Source: Camelus dromedarius (Eukaryota). From it: a stretch of DNA of 64,000 bases. Under the pieces are notes generated by a model. The model did not search any database and was not told where the DNA came from. It was given only the letters and a program-made list of their open reading frames with translations. Of the stretch, positions 37,681 through 51,044 are shown piece by piece. Within the stretch, counting starts at the first letter, position 1. Each line of letters opens with the position of its first letter. Where the stretch lies: NCBI RefSeq assembly GCF_036321535.1, contig NC_087437.1, forward strand, positions 65,474,001-65,538,000, given 5' to 3'. The translations under genes and the position numbers were made by a program.

Positions 37681-40600
37681 ATAATAATAGATAAAATATA
37701 ATACAGAAAAAAGGGTTAAAATTTTGTCTCAATGAAGGCAACATGATTGAACATTAAATTGTGTAACATAATATAATATATATTAAAAATAACGTTTGTT
37801 GAGTATTTACGATGTTCCAGGTTATTGTGTGAAGAACTTTACATGCATTATTTAATCCTTACGATATCCCAAAGAGAGAACTACTTAATAGATAGGTATA
37901 CTATTTAATATTATTTCTCACTTAATAGATGGGTATACTAAATCTTGGCAAACTTAACTACACAGGAAGTCTATCAGTAGGTGATCATAATAGGAAGGGG
38001 TTAAAAAACTAGCAGAAAGTAATTTTTATTAACTACAGAGAATCTGATAAAGCTAGCGATAGCAGGAAGAGAGATTATTATCCCTTTTTTTTTTTTTAAA
38101 AGGATAAAATTAAGCCCACAGCCATTGTGACTGGAGTCACAATAAGCAAATTGGTGATTGGGAACCAATGGTTTCTGAGCAGAATGGTGGTTCATCCCTA
38201 GAAATGTAAAGCAGGCTTGTGAACGGCTAGTCTAAGATAAAATTAGACAGAAAACATAGCGCTTACATTTGTTACCTGTGCAGACCTTTAAGAGGCTCTG
38301 TTGCTGCAGCATATATGGTAGAGCTCTTCTTAAAGTTCCTGCTACAACCATCCCAATTTTTTACTTCACAAAGTATCTGCTGTGTACTAGATGGAGTGGA
38401 AATACAGCTATTTATTTCCACTTTCAGACTATGGCCCATTTTGCTGTGGCAAGACCTTTCAGGACTCTTAATTTCAGTGCTCCTCTGTTTTTTAGTCTCC
38501 TTGTATTTAGAGCTGTGGAACCACTGCTGCTAGAGGAGTCTTTTCTAATATAGTAGTAATCACAACAAATTGACACTATGTACTATAGTGCACAGTAAGT
38601 GGGATGATAGTAATTATGATTAATAATATATTTATTTCACATTAGAAAACTGAAGAATTACTTCTACATAAAGTTGAATTACCAATTACTAGAACAAATC
38701 AATTTAAGATCAGTTAATAATTTTTAATGATGTGAAATATCATGGCTTTGACGATGACAATAACAATAACTTCTTTTTATTAAGAAATCCACTATGTGCC
38801 ACTCATCAAATTTATGATGTTATAAACTTTATGCATAATTTAATTTAATCCCCACAAACATTACAATGAAACAGATATTGTTGATGATAAAAGTAAATTT
38901 TAAAAGAGTTAGTAAAAATTTTCGAGGTCACACAGCTGTCTTACTCTAATAACCAGTGATTTTACTCGTTACTTTACACTGCCTTGCCTTGAATTCCTGA
39001 TTTCAGAAGTACCTTCTCTTCATGTTCACCCTTTCCTCCCTCCACCTGGCACCATTCTATCATCCATTCCTTAAGTCCCATCTCAGGCATCTCCTTCCCC
39101 AAGAAGAATTTCAATGATTTCTCTCTTCACTATTCTCCTCCCTGCTCCCTTTAGGCAGAGTAAGGTGCCCTTTTGCTGTGCTCTCATAGCATGTCTCTGT
39201 AAAAGCACCTCAGATGTTGTATAGAAACCACTAGTTTATGGGCTTACTTCTGCTACTAGACCATAACAGACAGTATTTTCTATTTTAGTATGTCAAACAA
39301 AATGTACAATGCATGTTACATAGTAATAACATAATACATATTATTTTAATTGAATTAAGCTGGATATTGTTGGGCACCTCATAGAAATACATTTATATAT
39401 AACAAAATAGATGCCATAAAGTCCATGGATCATGTATTTTATGGAGAAACTTCTCACGCCTTCACATGAACCTATTTATTTCCATTTTACAAACTTGGGT
39501 TTCAAATTTCTTAGTTAGCAGAAAACAAAAGACTAGATACTAGGGGATAATACAATGGAAATTAGAAGTCCTGACAGCCCAAAACTGAAGGACAGAGAAA
39601 AACTTTCAAAAATAAATACATAAGTGAAAAAGAAAAAAAAAAGCCACAAGCAACTAGGCAGGGTTTATATAAAGCTCAATGCTTCAATAGTCCTTGAAGT
39701 ACAATGTTATATAACAACTGATGTAAGTAATATTGAACCTGAAGACTCAAGCAAAGTTCAAGTTATAAAACACCTTTTTAAGAAGGAAATGAATGTATTT
39801 GTGAAATATTTTCGTCCATAATGATTACATTTTAAATGTTTTAATAGTTTACTGACAATAGTAATAAAACCATAGTCATTTTCACTAATTATGCATTAGG
39901 CTAGGCTAAAGAGGTATTGATCTGTCTATCTATCATACCTTTAGAAGAGCAGCTATAAACAAACATTAAATGTACCTATGTAGAGAAGAAAACATTCTAG
40001 TGTGAGGATATAAGTAACAGAATTATACAGTTTAGAGTTAAAATAAAACTCAGGTTTAGGCAAGATTTGTAATTACGGTAATTCTGGACGAGAATATGCC
40101 ACTAATAATTATTGCAAGTATAAAGAATATTGTTGATGTATAGGATGTGGCTGCTATATAGACAAGATAAATTTTATTAAATATCATTTTATTTAATTTT
40201 CTATTTCTTAAAATTTTTCATGATTTTACTATGCCAGTACATATAAATGTTTATCCTTCCAACTAACTATAATCTTCCAAGATTCAGAATGTAAGATCCT
40301 CAAGTATAGAGACTTGGTTATATATTTAATTCATGTGTAATACCAGTACATACATAGCTTTTACTACTTAATAATGTTGAATGATTGCTACTTGTAATTG
40401 CATGGCCAAAAAAGTCCTACATTGTTAAAATTAATGTATATAATACTCATTTGAATATTCATAGGAATTTGAACATATTTAAGAGTTACCATTTACAATA
40501 TTAATAATATTGACATCATAGACACACCTATTGAACAATAAGAACTCTATTATCAGTGAAGAAGATTCAGCCCGTTAATATACTTGTAATTACATAAAAT

Positions 40601-40692
40601 TTTAAACAATACATAAACATTAAAAGTTATCTGCCTTTCTTATCTCTATTTCTTACCTATTTTCCCATATCCCTCAAAATAAAAATGCATAC

Positions 40693-40771
40693 CTGTTTCT
40701 ACAGGTCTTGTATTCTACTTTAAGAATTGGTTTGCAAGATTCAGATTTTCTTCCTTCTCTTTGACTTTTTC
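40693..40771 (-). CDS. STXBP5L: Tomosyn-2 exon 2 of 10 (79 nt), (G)KSQREGRKSESCKPILKVEYKTCRN(S)
   Basis: tttag acceptor, CAG|gtatg donor; phase 1-2; CKPILKVE motif of tomosyn/LGL family. Confidence 0.95.
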
Positions 40772-42689
40772 CTAAAGAAAGAACAAGGATTTTATTAAAT
40801 CTGTTTTAAATTCACTTACCCATGAGAATTTTAAAAGCTTGACTAAAGGAATTTTTTAATGTAATTTTAAAAATGTGAACTGGATAAACATGTCTATGCA
40901 TCCTAACATTTTTGTTAACATTTTGTTAAATTTAGGAATAACTTGTTGAGTTCTAACAATTGACTATCAATAAAGTTATTTTAAAACTTTTCCAATTTGT
41001 ATTGCTTCACATTCTTATGTATAAAGCTAGTATCATATAAAGTTATTTTAATTATTTAAGTTTCAAGATAAACAACTTCAGAGTTGAAGATACATATATA
41101 CATACTTATCTGCATAATAAGTTATATTATGAAAATCCATACTAGGCTTAAAATTTTATTCATAAAACAAGCAAGTCTCTTTCATATGCAGAAAGACTTG
41201 CCATTTAAAGCTTATGATAGACTATCAAAATCATTGCACTTTCATCGAATTCATTTAAAGGAAAGTCTATTAGACAATGAACACAGATGGTACATTCCAA
41301 GATTTTAAAAAAGTTTAATGATCTACCCTACTTGCATTAAACAAATATAATAACTTCTTATAGGGGAAGGAGTACATTGTTTAGACTCCATTAAGGTTTT
41401 GAATAAAAGGTCAAAAAGAGTAGAAAAGGTAAATAAAGCCACTTCTGCCTATGACAATTGTCTTTTATTTATGTTTTTGCTTATAATTCTGTCTCATCTT
41501 GATAAAATTCACCTGTTTTTTGAGATATATTTGTTCTTTAATTTAAGAAATATCATATTTATTCTTGTATTGCCACAGTTATTAATAGTAGAAACCTATT
41601 GTGTAGAGTGATGTTTACATGCATATAAATTTAAAATTTCAGAATAGCTTCAGAACGGCAAAGCCAAATCCAACTAGGATGTCAGGATAGTTTTATCCAA
41701 TTTGTTTAAACAACTGTCAGCATACAGTATACCTTATTTGTTCCATGGCATACTTTCTGACATTGCCTTCTCTTTCTTTTACCCTATGTCAACTAAAAAG
41801 CAACCAATAATAAAATATTGGTCATTATCATTCACGTTGTAAAAAAAGATTAAAAAGTATCTGTATTATATATGAAAAAGAATTGCTGACATTAAATATA
41901 GATCAGTGATCATTACAAAGAGACAACTTCAGCTCAAGGACTCTGAGCAGTATTCTAAGAGGTCGAGAACAGCTGGTTGGTGATTACTAATTTTGGTAAT
42001 GAGTGGAAAAGAGAGAACTGAAAAAAGTAACAGAGCCAGCAAAGAGACTCATTCTTCTCAGTTGATGTTTTTTTCCATCCAATGGTCCTCTAATAATTGT
42101 TAAACCATTAGCCGACCAAAACAGTAAATCTGCAGTTGTTTATATACATGGAACCAACTATATTTTTCTATCAATACACATCAATATCAAGCACTGATTT
42201 CAGCAGAAAAGAAGAGTTGTTTAATTAATGTTTTACTTCAGTTTCTAACTCCAATAATTAATTTTTGGGTGAAGGCTTTCTGCTTTGATTATATTCATTT
42301 TATAACGGAGGACTTTCTAGATTTTTACAAAAGACTTCCTGGAAGCTAGATTGAGCAGTAAAAGATAAAATTTGGGTAGGAAAGCAAAAGAAAAGGCATG
42401 AAGGCAGAATGTGCCTAGTTGTTGAGGGAATAATGAATAGCTATTTTGGGTAGATTAAAAGATTAATGTAGAAGAAGAGTGAAAAGAATTTGACAAGGTA
42501 CAAAGGAGCCATACGACGGCAATCTATAAAACTAATTTGCAGTACAAACAATGGAGAGTCAATGGAAGCTTTCAAGTTGGGAATTAATATGCAGAAAGCA
42601 GTCTCAGAAATACTAATACGGATTTATTTAATAAAATTTTGAGAAAGTAAGATACTGATGATGGAAAACAAGTAGAAGATAATTGCAAC

Positions 42690-44735
42690 TGGCCAGGAAA
42701 AACAAGGAGAAAAAAAGTATAAAGAAAAATGAAGTCTCAAAGAAATGTGGGATTATTAATCACACTAACATATGCATTATGGGAGTACTAGAAGAAGAAG
42801 AGTGGAATGAGCAGAAAAACACTCACAGAAATATTGGTTGAAATTTTCTAAATTTTTTAAAAAGTATTATCTACACATATAAGAACCTCAATAAACTATG
42901 TAGGATAAAATCAAAGAAATCTACTCCCAGACACATCACAGTAAAAATGGTGAAAGCAAAAAAGAAAATCTTGAAAAGAGCAAGATAAAAATGACTCACT
43001 GCATACAAGGGAGTCCCAATAAGATTAATAGCTGACTTTCTTATCAGAAACAATGGAGCCAAAAGGCAGTAGAATGACAAATTTAAAGTACTGGAAGGAA
43101 AAAAAACAAAAAACTGTCAACAAAGAATCTTATGTTCATCAAGGTCATCTTTCAACAATGAAGGTGAAATAACGATATTTCCAGATAACAAAAACATGAG
43201 AGAATGTGTTGCTAGCAAAGCTCTTACAAAAAAACACTAAAGAAGTTCTTCAGGCTGAAACAGAGTAATATGAATTCACACACACACACAAAAAAAGATT
43301 ATGAGTAAAAGTAGTTATGTAAATAATTATAAAAGACAGTATAATTGCATGTTTTCTCTCCAATCTTCTCCTAACCGATTTAAGAAGCAATGTAAAAAAT
43401 AATACATATATAATTATAATATTGGATATATAATAGATTTGAAAATAACAACCCAAAAAAGGTGTATGAGAACAAACTACACTGGATGAAGGAAATGATA
43501 TCAAATGGTAATCTGAATCTACAAGAACAAATGAAGAGAACCACAAATAAGAAGTAAAAAGACTAATGTAACAAATTATATATATTATATATGTACATAT
43601 ACACAATCTTTCTCTTGTCAACTTCTTTAAAGATATACAAATATATAAAGTAATGATTATAACAATGTATTGTTCATTTTGTAACACATATAACATGTAT
43701 AATAATAATAGAACAAAAAGAGTCAAAGGGGAATTCCATCTATCTAGGAATATATTTATTTTAGTATAAATCTGAAGTAGATTCAAATAAATTAAGTTCT
43801 ATTTGGTAAGTCGAGCATTCACTAAGAAAATAATTCAAAAATAGTAAAAAAAAAAAAAAGTTCATTATAGAAATTAAAATTTTATACTAAAAATATTCAC
43901 TTAATGCCAAAAAAAGCAGTAAAGGAGAATAAACAAAAAAGACAGGAAATACATAGAAAACAAAAATAAAAATAGCAGACATCAGTCCAACAATACCAAT
44001 AATACCATTAAATGTCAGTGGATTAAACAATCCAATCAAAAGGCAGATACAGCCTGATTGGATTTAAAAAAACAGTATCAAACTATAAACTGTCTAAAGG
44101 AGACACAATTCAAATTTAAAGAGACTAATATGTTGAAAGTAAAACAATGGAAAAGTATATATTATGTAACAGGCAAGCATAAGAAAGCTGCAGTGACTAT
44201 GTTAATAATACCTGACTAAATAACAAATGGGTCAAAGAAAAAAACAAATATACTTTGAGAAGAATGTGTGATAAAATACACCAAAACTTCTGAGATGAAG
44301 CCTAAGCAGTGCAGAGAGGGAAATTTACACTTATGAACAGCTGTGTTAAAAAAAATTTTATCAAATCAATAACCTAACCATCCACCTTAAGACAAAGAAT
44401 AAAAGAACAGCAAAAAAAAAAAAAAGAAAAAAGAAAAAAGAAAAAGAAAGAAATTTTTCTAAAAGATGGAAATATGGTTATCATCAGGAAAACCAGTTAA
44501 TGTAATACAACATATTAATGCAATAAAAAAAAAACTACACAATTATCTCAATAGACAGAAAAAGCAACTGAAAGTCCAACACTCTTTTAAGTGATTACAC
44601 AAAAACCTCAACAAAGAAAAAAAAGACTTCCCTAACCTGATAAGACTATGAATGAAAAATCCAGAGCTTACCATCATCATACTTACTGGTGAAAGAAGAA
44701 AAACTTTCCTTCTATGATCAAAAGCAATAAAGAAA
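42690..44735 (+). mobile_element. Decayed L1 ORF1, inter-ORF and ORF2 fragments
   Basis: ataagattaatagctgactttcttatcagaaacaatgga (ORF1), attaaatgtcagtggattaaacaatccaatcaaaagg (EN start). Confidence 0.8.
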
Positions 44736-45581
44736 TGGTTTTCTTTTTCCTTTTCTATTTTCTGGAGCAATATACAATAGCAAATTCTATATCATCAGGA
44801 TTACCTAGTCTGATCATTTAGTAAAGTCTCTAAAATCACATGGGCCTCGTGTTTTAGCATTGGCTAGTTATTTGATAACTTTATTTTTCAGTGGAAATTG
44901 GTTTGTTTATGATTTCTATACTATAGGAGTTAGTTTTGGTAAATTGAATTTTCCTTGAAATCATTTCACCCATGTTATTAACTCTATTATTTGCAGAGAG
45001 CTGTAAAAAATATACTTGTATGAGTTTAAAAATTTTGCCATTTCAAAGGTTATTTTTTCCTATGTAATTTATTTCATATTTTCCTTCTTCTGTATTGATT
45101 AGATCCACTGAAGATTTTCTTTTGTTACTTTAACAATACCTTCGAGGAGGAGGACACTGAGCTCATCTCCCCCAACAAACACATCAAAAATTTATCCATA
45201 CATGGAGCGACTCTCACTAAAAAAAAAAAAAAAAATTGGAGACTAACAGAAAGACTCTGTACAACCAAAGCTATAAAGAAATATTCACACAGAGTCAGAT
45301 AAGAAGGGAAGAGTAATGATCAGGTTGAGACCTGTGTCCTGAGAGGTGACACGGGAGATGAGGGGGTTGCACAGTAGATCCTCTCTGGAGAGTGAGAGGT
45401 CTGAACCACATACTGAGCATTCCACCTCTGGGACTCAACCCTGAGAAGACGAGTCCCCTTAGCTGGTTTGAAAACCAGCGGACAATAGGAGGGCTTTAAG
45501 AAACCTTGACTCTATTTGTGAAGAGCATGCACACACTTGCTTACTCCTAGGAACAAGGTGGAGGAAGTAGATTGAAACTGC

Positions 45582-46050
45582 AGTTAAAAAAATGAAATAT
45601 TGCCATTTGCAGCAACATGGATGAACCTAGAGAATACTATGCTCAGTGAGATAAGTCAGACAGAAATATAAATATTATACAATATCATTTATATGTGGAA
45701 TCTAAAAAATAATACAAATAAATGTATATACAAAATAGAAACAGAATCAGATACAGAAAATAAACTTACAGTTACCAAAGGGTAGTGGGGGAAGACTGAC
45801 CAATTAGGAGTATGGGATTAACAGATACAAACTACTATACATAAAATAGATAAGCAACAAGAATTTACTATATAACACAGGAGATTATATTCAATATCTT
45901 GTAATAACCTATAATGGAACATTATAGGTTAAAATAGGTTAAAATTCTGCAAAAAGAATAACTGAATCGTTATGCTGTACACCTGAAATTAACAGAACAT
46001 TATAAATCAACTATACTTGAATTTTTAACATTTAAAAGAAAAAAAAAAAA
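45582..46050 (+). mobile_element. Nested L1 3' end
   Basis: tgccatttgcagcaacatggatgaacctagag...A tail; gaaactgc repeated at 45574-45581 and 46051-46058. Confidence 0.85.
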
Positions 46051-47260
46051 GAAACTGCTTAGGATTTAGCTAATTTCCTGGGACCACCCAAGTGCCTATC
46101 CTGACCATGCTAGCTTTGGTGTAGCTTCCTACTAGGGTGAAGGCTGCAACTGCCTATGAGAGTGTGCAGTTGTGAGGAAGGAACCAGCTAGACCTGGCAC
46201 TGAATCTGAACAGGGCAGGGGCTGCTATTGCAGGTTCTCAGAGAATGGTGGAACAGGAGATATCTCAAGCTCTCACTGGTTGCCTGGGACCACCCCAGCA
46301 CAAGCCCCAACCCACGCCAAGAGTGTGCTCCAGCTCCTCTTGCTCTGGCACAGCGCCTCACCAAGGTTAAAGCTGCCATTGCCAAAGAGAATGCACAGTC
46401 ATGGGGGAACAGAGCTGGATCAGACTTGGCACTGTGTCTGAACAGGGTGAGGGCAGCCATTCCAGGCATTCATGGAGGTGGCAGATTAGGACTAGTCTGG
46501 AATTCTGACTGATATGCTGTGACTGACCCAGCCCATGCCCTGGCTCACACCAAGCACCCATTCTGGCCCCTCCTGCTCCAGAACTGCTCACCTCTGAGGC
46601 AAAGGTGCCAATGCTGTGAGGGGGAAGAGTGAAACACTTAGAAGGAATGGATCCAGCTTGGAGCTGACCATTAGGATTTCTGCTTTAGCATATGGGGGAC
46701 CCACCTCTGGCCCCAGTAGGGCAATGTAAAATACTGAACATAGAAGAAGCATTGGATCACACCTGGCCCTGGTTCTAAACCCTCCATCTCTAGCCCCACT
46801 TCCTACCAAAATGTTAGCTGCAAACACACCCTGGAGGAAGAAGTAACTCATGCTTCTTTCAGATTCAGTTCTCCTAATAAAGCCACTGGGCACACACAGA
46901 CACTATGGGAATACTCTCACACACGGACACCCCTTCAAGACCAAGATAGATAATTGTTTCACTTAATTTCATAGAGATGGACAAAGTGGAGCATAATGAG
47001 AAGACAGACAAATTTGTTTCAAGCAAAAGAAGAAGGAAAAAAAACCTCTAAAAAAAGAAAAAACTGATGAAACAGAGACAAATAATTTATCAGCTAAAGA
47101 GTTCAAAGTATTAGTTATAATGCTAAATGAACCAGGGGACAAAAGAGATGAAAGAACTGGAAAAATATAAAAAAGAATCAGACAGAGCTAAATAAAAAAA
47201 TATCTGAAATGAAAAATTCATGAGAAGGAATTAACAGAAGAATGCATAAGTGATCTGGAA

Positions 47261-47585
47261 TCTAAACAAAACAAAACAAACAAAGCATACAGAACAGAAA
47301 TAGACTCATAGACACAGAATACAGATTTGTGGTTGCCAAGGGGGTGGGGGGTGGGAAGAGATAGACTGGGATTTCAAAATTGTAGAATAGATAAACAAGA
47401 TTATACTGTATAGCACAGGGAAATATATACAAGATCTTACAGTAGCTCACAGAGAAAGGAATGTGACAATGAATATATATATGTTCATGTATAATTGAAA
47501 AATTGTGCTCTACACTGGAATTTGACACAACATTGTAAAATGATTATAAATCAATAAAAAATGTTAAATATATATATATATTAAA
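47261..47585 (+). mobile_element. Nested young L1 3' end
   Basis: tgatctggaa at 47251-47260 and 47589-47598; tacactggaatttgacacaacattgtaaa end shared with other young copies. Confidence 0.88.
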
Positions 47586-47789
47586 AAATGATCTGGAAGA
47601 CAAAATAATGGAAAGCACTTGACTGTAAAAGGAAAAAGAAAAACAAATTTAAAAAATTAAAACAGTTTGAGATACTTCTAAGACAACATCAAGCATACTA
47701 ACATTCATTATAGGGGTCCCAGAATGAGAAAAGAGAAAGGGGTCCAAAATGTATTTGATGAAGTTATGACTAAAAACTTCTCAAACTTG

Positions 47790-47875
47790 AAGAAGGAAAC
47801 AGATATCCAGAGAAGCACAGAGAGTCTCAAACAAGAAGGAAACAGATATCCAGAGAAGCACAGAGAGTCTCAAAC
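47790..47875 (+). repeat. Perfect 43-bp tandem duplication
   Basis: aagaaggaaacagatatccagagaagcacagagagtctcaaac twice (47790-47832, 47833-47875). Confidence 0.95.
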
Positions 47876-48256
47876 AAGATTTACCCAAACAGACCTACAC
47901 CAAGAGATGGCATAATTAAAATGGTAAAAGTTAAAGATAAAGAAAGAATTCTAAATACAGCAAGAAAAAAACAGGGTCACATAAAAGGGAACTCCCATAA
48001 GGCTATCAGCTGATTTTTCTACAGAAACTTTTTAGGTCAGAAAGGAGGTGCATGATATATTTAAAATGCTAAAAGGGAAAAAACCTACCAACTAGGATAC
48101 TCTACCTCACAAGATTATCATTGAGAATTGGAGAAGAGTTAAAGAACTTCTCAGGCAAACAAAAACTAAAAGGGTTCACCAATACTAAACTGACCCTAAA
48201 AGATACAGGGTCTTCCCTAAGTCAGAAGAAACAGCAACAACAACAAGAATTTACAG

Positions 48257-48407
48257 AAATTTATGGTAGCTCACAGAGAAAAAAATGTGACATTGTGTGT
48301 GTATATATATATATGTTCGTGTGTAACTGAAAAATTGTGCTCTATACTGGAATTTGACACAATATTGTAAAGTGATTATAACTCAATAAAAAATGTTAAA
48401 AAAAAAA
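48257..48407 (+). mobile_element. Nested very short young L1 3' end
   Basis: TSD aagaatttacag at 48245-48256 and 48408-48419; AATAAA and A tail. Confidence 0.9.
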
Positions 48408-48614
48408 AAGAATTTACAGGAATGGAAAAATTCCAATGGTAAAGATGAATATATAGTAAAGGCTGTGGATCAACTACTTAAATAAGCTAGTACAAAGATT
48501 AAAAAACAAATGTTGTAAAATCAATTATAATTACAAAAAAAAAGCTAAAGGATAAGCATTAAGATGTAAAATATAACATCAAAAACACAAAATGTGCTGG
48601 AGGAGGGTAAAAAA

Positions 48615-50530
48615 CACGATGCCATTTATATTAGCATCCAAAAACTGAAATACTTAGGTATAAGTCTAACAGTCTACCAAAAAAGTACAAGATCTATATG
48701 AGTAAAACTAAAAAACTCTGATGAATGAAATCAAAGAACTAAATAAATGGAGAGACATTTCATGTTCATGGATAGGAAGACTCAATACTGTCAAGATGTC
48801 AGTTTTTCCCATCTTGGTCTAAGATTCAATGCAATCCCAATTGAATTCCCAGCATGTTGTTTTGTGGATTCCAACAAACTGATTTTACATTTTATATGGA
48901 AAAGCAAAAGATCTAGTACAGCCAACACAATATTGAAGAACAAAGTGGGAGAACTGAAACTACTGGGACTTCAAGACTTACTATAAAGCTACAATAATCA
49001 AAACAATGCAAGGAAAGATAGACAAAGAGATGACTGTAGTAGAACAGAGATCCCAGAAAGAGACCTTCATAAATAAAGCCAAGTGATCTTTGACAAAGGA
49101 GCCAAAGCAATACAATGGAGCAAAGATAATCTTTTCAACAAATGATGCTGGAACAGCTAGACACCTACAAGAAAAAAAAAAAAAAAGAATCTAGACACAG
49201 ACTTTACATCTTTCACAAAAATTAACTCAAAATGGATCACAGAACAATTTGTGTAATCACAAACTACATAACTCCTAGAAGATAACATAGGAAAAAACCT
49301 AGCTGACTTTTGATATGGCAATGACTTTTTAGATACAACAGCAAAGACATAATCCATGAAAAAAATAATGGTAAGTGGGAGTTCATTAAAATTAAAAACT
49401 GCTCTATGGAAGACAAGAGAATTACAGACAAGCCACAGACTGGGAAAAATATTTGCTAAAGACACAGATGATTAGCACTTATTATCCAAAATTTACAAAG
49501 AACTCTTAAAACTCAACAATAGGAAAAACAAACAACCCAATAAAAATAAGCCAAGGATCTTAATAGACACCTCACCAAAGAACATATACAGATAGCAAAC
49601 AAGCATATGAAAAGATGCTCCCTATCATATGTTATAAGGGAAATGCAAATTAAAACAAAAATGAGATACCATGACACACTTAATAGTATGGCCAAAATCT
49701 GGAATACTGACAATATAAAATGCTGGGAAGTATGTGCAGCAACAGGAACTCTTTCACTGCTTGTGGGAATGCAAAATGGTACACTACTTTGGAAGACTGG
49801 ACAATTTGGCAATTTCCTACAAAACTAAACATACTCTTAACATAGGATCCAGCAATTGCACTCCTTGGTATTTTCCCTAAGGAGCTGAAAATGTATGTCC
49901 AACAAAAATGTGCATATGAATGTTTACAGCATCTTTATTCAAAATTGCCAAGACTTAGAGGCAACTAAGATGTCCTTCAGTAGGGGAATGGATAAATAAA
50001 TGACGGTACAACTAGATAATGAAATAATATTCAGCATTAAAAAGAATGAGCCATCAAGCCACAAAAGACATGCAGAAACCTTAAATGTGTATTAGTAAGT
50101 GAAAGAAGACAATCTGAAAAGGATACATACTGTATGATTCCAACCATATGACATTCTGGAAAAGGCAAAAATATGGAGAAAGTAAAATGTCAGGGGTTGT
50201 AGGTGATGGAGGTAGGGGAGAGGTGAATAGGCAGAGCATGAGGATTTTGAGGGCATGAAAAGTACTTTGTATGATACTAGGATAATGGATATATGTCATT
50301 ATACATTTGTCCAAACCTATAGAATATACAATATCAAAAGTGAAACCGAAGGTAAACTTTGGACTTTGGGTGATTATGATGTATAAATGTAGGTTCATCA
50401 GAATATAATAAATGTACCACTTTCATGCGGGATGGTAATAATGGAAGAGAGTATTGATGTGTTGGGGGCGGGAGGTTTTATAGGAAATATTTCTATTTCC
50501 TCAATTTTGCTCTAAAAATTGTCCTTAAAA
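48615..50530 (+). mobile_element. L1 ORF2 3' part plus L1MC1-like 3' UTR
   Basis: Track ORF 49607..49828 ([21 protein letters not shown]); 3' UTR gtcattatacatttgtccaaacctatagaat. Confidence 0.85.
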
Positions 50531-51044
50531 CTATATGTATCAGGCAAATATTGTCCAAAGGAAAACTAGTATAGCCATTTTTATTTTCAGACAAAATGAT
50601 TTAAGACAACAAGCATTATTAGGTACAGAGATGATTTATAGAATGATCAAAGGTTTTTTACAGCATAAAAATTCTAAAGTTGAATAAATTAACAAAATTA
50701 AAATCTCCTTCTTAGGACAGGTAATGTAAATTTGCAGCACACACTAGCACTTTAAAGGCAGTTTTCTGGTTAGCAGTTCTCAGGTTGCTTTTCCCCCTCC
50801 TATTAAGCCCTAGTTTTGATGTAGGCAATCGAGTTTTACTTTTGTGCATTTTTGAAAGGTAGAACTCACTTCTAGTTAACTAACTGCACTGACTGCACAA
50901 CCACTTTCAGTATAGGCTTTACACAAGTTTCCTATTAGATTATCCACCTCAAGTAGGCCTCTAGATTTTATCGACTCCCCTCTATCACACCCCGTGGAGC
51001 TGTCAGAAGAAAAGTTGAAGTTGGAGTACTCACATTTGCTTATT

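Larger units (their letters stand above)
45145..48610 (+). mobile_element. L1 5' half (GC-rich 5' UTR plus ORF1) hosting three nested L1 3'-end insertions
   Basis: 5' motif ctgagctcatctcccc; ORF1 from ~46995 (ggaactcccataaggctatcagctgattttt); nested inserts defined by TSDs. Confidence 0.85.

Noticed and set aside
43250..43786. Longest ORF in the track (178 aa, hydrophobic, minus strand)
   Set aside because: Antisense reading of A-rich L1 inter-ORF sequence; low complexity and no splice or family support
46060..46960. GC-rich block with several overlapping ORFs, resembling a promoter or small gene
   Set aside because: Lies in an L1 5' UTR and is CpG-depleted (TG/CA-rich), consistent with a decayed methylated repeat
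47790..47875. Direct repeats that might suggest a CRISPR-like array
   Set aside because: Two abutting copies with no spacer in mammalian L1 sequence
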